Shown: positions 58,361-64,000 of the stretch, piece after piece
How positions within the stretch are numbered: position 1 is the stretch's first letter
Layout of the letters: each line of letters begins with the position of its first letter
From: Psammoneis japonica
Lineage: Eukaryota
Direction of reading: 5' to 3'
Assembly (NCBI GenBank): GCA_008632985.1
Contig: QPGO01000040.1
Location: 377,719-441,718 of the forward strand
DNA length: 64,000 nt
Made by a program: the position numbers and the translations under genes
The notes under the pieces: model-generated
Databases searched by the model: none
The model's input: the letters and a program-made list of their open reading frames with translations, nothing else
What the model was told of the DNA's origin: nothing

Positions 58361-59920
58361 GCTCTGCCTCTTAAAGCTTGAGAGTTGGCACCAGATCAGA
58401 TCATCTTGTTGCTCCATTTCATGGCCATTGCCTGTGCACCATGGCACTTGTCTTTCTGTTTCCCTGCCACAAAACCACATTTTGTTTTCCAATGGTGCAG
58501 CTGCAGCAGGCTGTGAGAGAGTGTTGCTTGGCATGCTGGAATGATTTTTCTCTGTGTTTGCGTGCTTGGCATTTTCTGGCACTTTCAGCAGCGTGTTGTG
58601 AGCACTGCAACAAAGTTGATCCATGATCTCCCACCAGGCCCAACAAACAAGACAATGAACCAATGCAATCTGGCTTGCCATCTCTCTTGTTCAAGTGTGC
58701 AAGCACCCCTCTGAAAATTGCAGCCACATTCTTGAATGCCTTTCCAGCAATGAACCTTGGCAGCAGAAGTTCGCACTGGAACCCCCCTGGGGTGCTGCAA
58801 TGAGCAGTTGGAGGTGGGGCTTCTGCTTCATGATTTTCCAATCACTCTCAGCTTTGGCTGATGCAACAAGAGCACAGTGCTGTGCCTGGGTTTGGCCATT
58901 GGGCTTTGATGACATCCCACACACAGTGCCCATGTTCTTGATTGGCCCTGCCACTGCCAGCAGCCAGAGAGCCAAAACACCAGAACCCTCACCCTCGCCA
59001 GCACCAATGGGCTCTTGGTCCTCCTTTTTCAAGATGTGCTTGTGTTGCTTCTTGTTGTCATGGTGAGAACAGAAATTGATGCCCTTGGAGAGCAGCGCCA
59101 ATTGAAGGAGATCCATTGTCGCCTTTTTGACTTTTGTCCTTGGGTGCAAGAACAGCAAACATCCCATGACATTTCTCTGGACAGCAAAAGTTTAGTTGGA
59201 ACACATTTCCCTCATCTGAAAAGAGCAAAAGAAGATCACAACGTGAATGGAGTGAGTGAGAGAGAAATGTCATTGCAAAAGATCATGCCACAAGACAGAC
59301 TTGCCAACGGCTCTCTCGACAAAGGCAACAAGCCATGGTTTTCGTCCAACAAAGATTTCGCCATTTGCTTGTGCTGGTTTGTGGGGAGTGCCTTTTCCTG
59401 TCTTTGCCACCTGAGGTAGAATGGACTTGGCACGAGGTGGTGCAGCAGAGTTGGTGCCAGTCGAACGTCAATGAGAGAATGTGTAGAGATAAAGATGCCG
59501 TACTTGCTAATAAGAGTATAATCTGTGTAATTGCTTTTGCTTGCTCGGAGCTTCTTGGGCTTTGCGCCCGGCTTTCGACAAATGTAAATATTCCTCACAG
59601 TGGTTCGCTTTTCTGAAAGACGCTTCGTCCACATTGTTCGAGTCTTGGTGACTGTGTTCTGGACACGACCGATAGATTGGTTAGCATCGGTTGCCTTCGA
59701 CTCAGGCGAAGCTTTTCTGAGCTTCTACTTCAAGCTGAGGCTTGCTGACAGACAGAGCAAGTTTTCGAGTACAACTATGTCCGTTATCTTATGCATCTTT
59801 TTTTACTTTCCCCTATGTATCACCGTAACTGTCATATGCACCATGTAGTTCTTGCCTTTAATTCCGTTCTCTTCAAAGACCAATAGAGTTTGTTTGCTAT
59901 CGATCGTTCGAGAGAGTGAA

Positions 59921-60653
59921 TCATGCGGCTTTCTTCCGCTTAGAGGCATCCACAGGACGACCCTCGTATCCAGTAAGGATTGAAATCAGCGCTGGATTAA
60001 AGGATATGTAGTTGGCCATATGCGATGCCCAGTAGAAGAAGGATGAACCCATGTGGAGGTACCTGTATGCTTGCATGAGCGTCATGGGAAAGGCCCACAC
60101 GGTCAACGCAATGTACATGGGATGCAAGATATTTCCTCGAACAAGAACGCTCATGGTGGCAATCAAACAGACTCCGTAAGCAACCGACGACCAGAAACAG
60201 TGCTCTAAATCTCCACCCACGGCTTCGGTCTGAGCTTTAAGATCCAACAAACCGCCAAGAGACGTCGGGAGATATCCTGAAGAAGAAGAAAAACGAAAGA
60301 GCTGTTGAAAGAAGAAGAGACGGAAGGATGCAATGGCCAGTCATTTCATCAGATTCACCTTCGGCAACAATCCGTAGAGCCTCGAAAATCACAAGGTCTG
60401 CGAGGGAGAATCGTCGAAAGTATCGAGCGAAAACGACAAAGATAAAAGTGTGACAGACAAAGCTATCCACAAAAGAGTTGATGCGCCAGTTCCCGATTCG
60501 ATTTTTGACAAAGAGGGAATTCAGCAAGTGAATCACTTCTGCAAGTACACCCAGCATTGCCTGGGTTTTGAGGGAAGGATCCCAGTTGCTGACTGCCTGC
60601 GAGAGAGAATTCTTCGTCATGGTGAAGTTGACGTTTGACGTTTGATGTGACAT
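59921..60653 (-). CDS. Hypothetical multi-pass membrane protein (2 exons)
   Basis: Intron 60277-60358 (GTGAAT...TTCTTCAG on minus strand) joins two hydrophobic ORF segments. Confidence 0.6.
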
Positions 60654-60898
60654 TTTCAATTTTTTTTGCACATCGAGCAAAGATCTTTCGCGCGCGGCGA
60701 GAGCGTGAGCCATGTTTCGGATGGACATGAAATCAGATACGGGCTCATGTGCTCTTAGATCAGGTGTCCGTCTGTCCGTCTCTCGCATGTCGGAGGGAAG
60801 ATTGTGCGTGGGACCACGAGAAAAAGAATTGGAGGCTTGTAGTAAGAGGCCCTGCCATGCCAAGAATACAGTGTGGTGCAGAGTGCAGAGTAGTGATT

Positions 60899-63391
60899 AT
60901 GCAACGCGATAGCAATACTAACGCTTGCTCTATTTGCTTGGAATCCCTGCATGAAGGTGGACCTGTCCGGAGTGACAGTCCCTTGTGGTCACGTGTTTCA
61001 CGTGCCATGCTTTGAAACATGGCAACAGAACGGGCATTCATCGAATCGATGTCCCAATTGCAATGCCCGGACCAACCATTTTCAAAGGCTGTTCATTCAA
61101 TTATCCACCATAAAGCGAACAAAAGCGAATGGAAATCGCTCAAGTAGGTCTATAGCATCTGATTGCAATGGAAGTGAGCACTGTGATGGTGAATACGAGG
61201 ACGCACTTGAGCAAAGTGCTGTATCAGCGCTCGGCGAAGAGTTTGGTTGCTTTGTTTTCGAAGTTTTGGAGCCAATATCAATTCGTCAGACAAACAATGT
61301 AGGGGATAAAGGTCGACTCAAAGAATCTGTTAAAGAAGGTGACCTAGTGTCGGTCGATTACATTCGTAAATCTCAATACAATAATGGGAACGGACCTTTT
61401 TTGCGATTGTCGGACTTGTCGGGGTGGCTGTTTGAACATAAGCACCATGAGCATCTCATGAAGCAGTTGCCTGTAGAACAAGGGTTGTGGACCTTTTATG
61501 CAGACAACCACCCGTCTGGCATTGGCCTCCGACGGCATCCCATGGACAAGACCGACAATTTCGTCCAACCCAAGGTGACGTTCCTTCCAATGCAACAGAT
61601 TGTTTGTGACCGAAAAGTCAATGGTCCAGACAGAACCAACTTTTTCCGTGTCCAAGGTACAGATGGTTGGGTGTTTGATAAGAGAGGAGAGACACACATG
61701 ATGATTCCTGATTGTAAAGATCGCAAGGGTTTGTTTGTTTTCAAAGCACTCCAGAAGCTGATGGTCAATGTAGAACCTGTGTTGGTGAAAGCTCGGCAGG
61801 ATATACAATTGAGAGCAATCGATTGATTGCAGTCGACGTTACTCGAGAGTCTCTCCATGAGAACTCTGATAATGGCCCTTTTCTGAGACTCCTCTGATGG
61901 ATCTGGCTGGTTGTATGAGACCAAGTCTGGCACTCGCGTTATGGATGAGGTTCGCGTTAGTAGGGGGAGTTGGACTTTCCGCACTGAAAATTCTCCTGCC
62001 GGGATCACCCTTCGATGACAGCCCATTGATTGCCAAGCTTTCAGAATGATGCCAGAGTCCACATTCAAACCCGGAGAGACTGTATCTTGTGACCGAATGG
62101 TACGCGGACCTGGATCAGTCAACTTTTATCGTGTACAGGGAACGGATGGTTGGGTGTTTGACAAACGAGGAGACAAGGTGATGATGACAGAAATCTCGCA
62201 TTCACCCGTGTCCCACAACTTGCAAGTAGGGGGGTGGTCTCCAGATGAGGTCCGCCAGATTGCGTCAACAATTCCGGGTCTAACTGAGATTGGTCACAAC
62301 GTTGAGAGCCGAGTCCTTTCCTTCCAAACCAATGGTAGCGCTCGTGTCAACATATGCTACACTACACGAACAATCGGTGCCGCACTGAACCACGACCTGC
62401 AAGGCAGGACGCAGCTCTTTCGACGCGACTGCAGCACTTCTGAGCTTCGACAGATATTCGCTAATCCGAGAGTGCACACAGGAAAGGGATGCAAACAACG
62501 TCGGTCCAAGAAGAGATCGCGGCATACACACGAATCTTCATCGAGCACACCAGCGAAGAGCAAGCCCTTCGAACTTCTCTGCAGGCGTTTGATGACGAGT
62601 TGGCTCTTGTGAAACAGAGGCGCGCACAGGTTTTGTTGCAGCTGAAGCAATTTGACAAGGGGCACGCCGAAGCTGCATCAAAGCACCGGGGTAAAGTCGT
62701 GGCATTTCAAGAGCGGCCTCAGAAGGTGAAGGAAGCCAAAGCAGCGTTGCTAGAGACACAGAAGCGAGGAGACAAAGTTTCGTCATACATGTATAATCCG
62801 GATGAAATTGAGCTTTCTGGATCTGATGTCCTGTTTGCAATGGGCGGTACGGCCACGATGAAGATAAAGGGTGGTGATGGAGGATGGGCCTATACTTCAG
62901 ACCTTCCAACATGCGTCCACAAATTGCTGCGTACTCGTGCATTGTCGCATCCCAAGCCTGACTATGTTGCTCTTGGAAAGGACGGTAGGTATTATATATC
63001 ATTTGAGAATGGAAAGGCAGAATGGTCTGAGTACGAGACCGAGTGGTTTGACGACATTGCAATGAAAGAGGAAGTCCAACATGCAGCGTTTGGGAGAGAA
63101 ATCAGTTCCTGTGTGATTTCGACCTCGTCCCATGCCTGTTGGAACAACGTTCCAGATCAAGTGGACAAGATTCTGAATGGCAACAAACCCATTCATAGTG
63201 TCAGCTTGGGACCGTCTGGCGAGTATTTTGTGGCTTGGGAGGATGGTACTTTCAAAGGCGGAGGCTGGAGTAACAAGCTGAACAGTGAGTTAGGAACGCT
63301 CAAACGAAGTGGCTGGCACGTCCGCGACGTCAAATTCGGAGATGATGACACCTACATCATTCGATATTCTTCATACTCCGGACCCTTTTAG
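60899..63391 (+). pseudogene. RING-finger multidomain gene, disrupted (frameshifts and in-frame TGA)
   Basis: CSIC...PCGHVFHVPC...CPNC RING-H2; duplicated CDRxVxGPxxxNFxRVQGTDGWVFDKRG module; TTRTIG..NH..QGRTQLFRR..NPRVHTGKG domain; frameshifts ~60960, ~61780, ~62490; TGA near 62017. Confidence 0.7.
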
Positions 63392-63825
63392 CTGGCTTCT
63401 GCCCCATACGCTTTTGCGAACGTTTTCGTTTGTCTATTTACTTTTGCGTAAACATAAAATCATTCATCTAGAGATTTCGTATTCTGACACTTCCGTCATG
63501 GAAAGCGCATGTTAAAAAATGATGTGGCAGCTGTGGTGCAAGGGAAGAACCTTTACATTGCATCACAACCTCGTCGACTGCACAATCTTTTTCCCAAAAG
63601 CTCAATTGCACCTCATCTCTCTACTAGAGAGTAGTAGTACCGTACCGGTAGCAGCTATTCTAACTGTGAGATTATTGGGCTCATCACCATCACCTGAGTT
63701 TGAACCACTCATAACCAAATACAACCTCATTTCTCATTGTCGCCAACTAAACAGCCAGCGGCAAGCCTATTGTGTTTGCGCTGTAGGTGCTAAGTCATTA
63801 GTACATTAGAAAACCCCAGCACAAC

Positions 63826-64000
63826 ATGGCGAAGAAAAACGCAAAGCAGAAGAAGAAGGGTAGAGGGAACAAAAAGACCTCGAAAGGTCCTTCATCTGAA
63901 ACGAAGCTCACATCGTGGGTTAGTGAAATCGGTTGGGTTTGCTGTTCTCAGAATGACAAAAACGGCGAAGAATCTTCTGAAACAATGCCTGACGCAAGAC
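63826..64000 (+). CDS. 5' end of a gene running off the window
   Basis: acaacATG then open frame MAKKNAKQKKKGRGNKK... to the window end. Confidence 0.5.
   Translation, partial: MAKKNAKQKKKGRGNKKTSKGPSSETKLTSWVSEIGWVCCSQNDKNGEESSETMPDAR

Larger units (their letters stand above)
51790..59415. other. TpA-depleted hypermutated island 3 (partly spared ~53240-54400)
   Basis: TA nearly absent 51790-52860 and 54550-59400; returns abruptly to normal after ~59415. Confidence 0.9.

Overview
Eukaryotic nuclear DNA, very probably from a pennate diatom: it has a frustulin-domain gene, a PsbP-like gene with bipartite plastid targeting, short GT-AG introns and a diatom-type copia fragment. About 20 ordinary genes (CDPK, kinesin-13, PDH E1-alpha, TUTase, D-amino-acid dehydrogenase, ARMC6, sulfatase and others) are interrupted by three sharply bounded islands (~7.3-11.9, ~31.3-37.0 and ~51.8-59.4 kb) of transposon relics and decayed genes. 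The main result is that these islands have had almost every TpA dinucleotide converted to TpG or CpA, the reverse of fungal RIP. Three lines of evidence give the direction of change. (i) A complete PIF/Harbinger-type transposon (51409-55990, 26-bp TIRs, AAT TSD) has TIRs that differ only at three TpA sites. (ii) An internal 183-bp tandem array segregates TA/TG/CA at the same sites. (iii) Conserved Tyr codons have become Cys or His. Surviving TAs are mostly YTAR, which implies a 5'-TAY-3' target. I know of no described diatom mechanism for this but cannot search the literature. Many conserved genes also carry single-base frameshifts, probably assembly errors. All counts are by eye.
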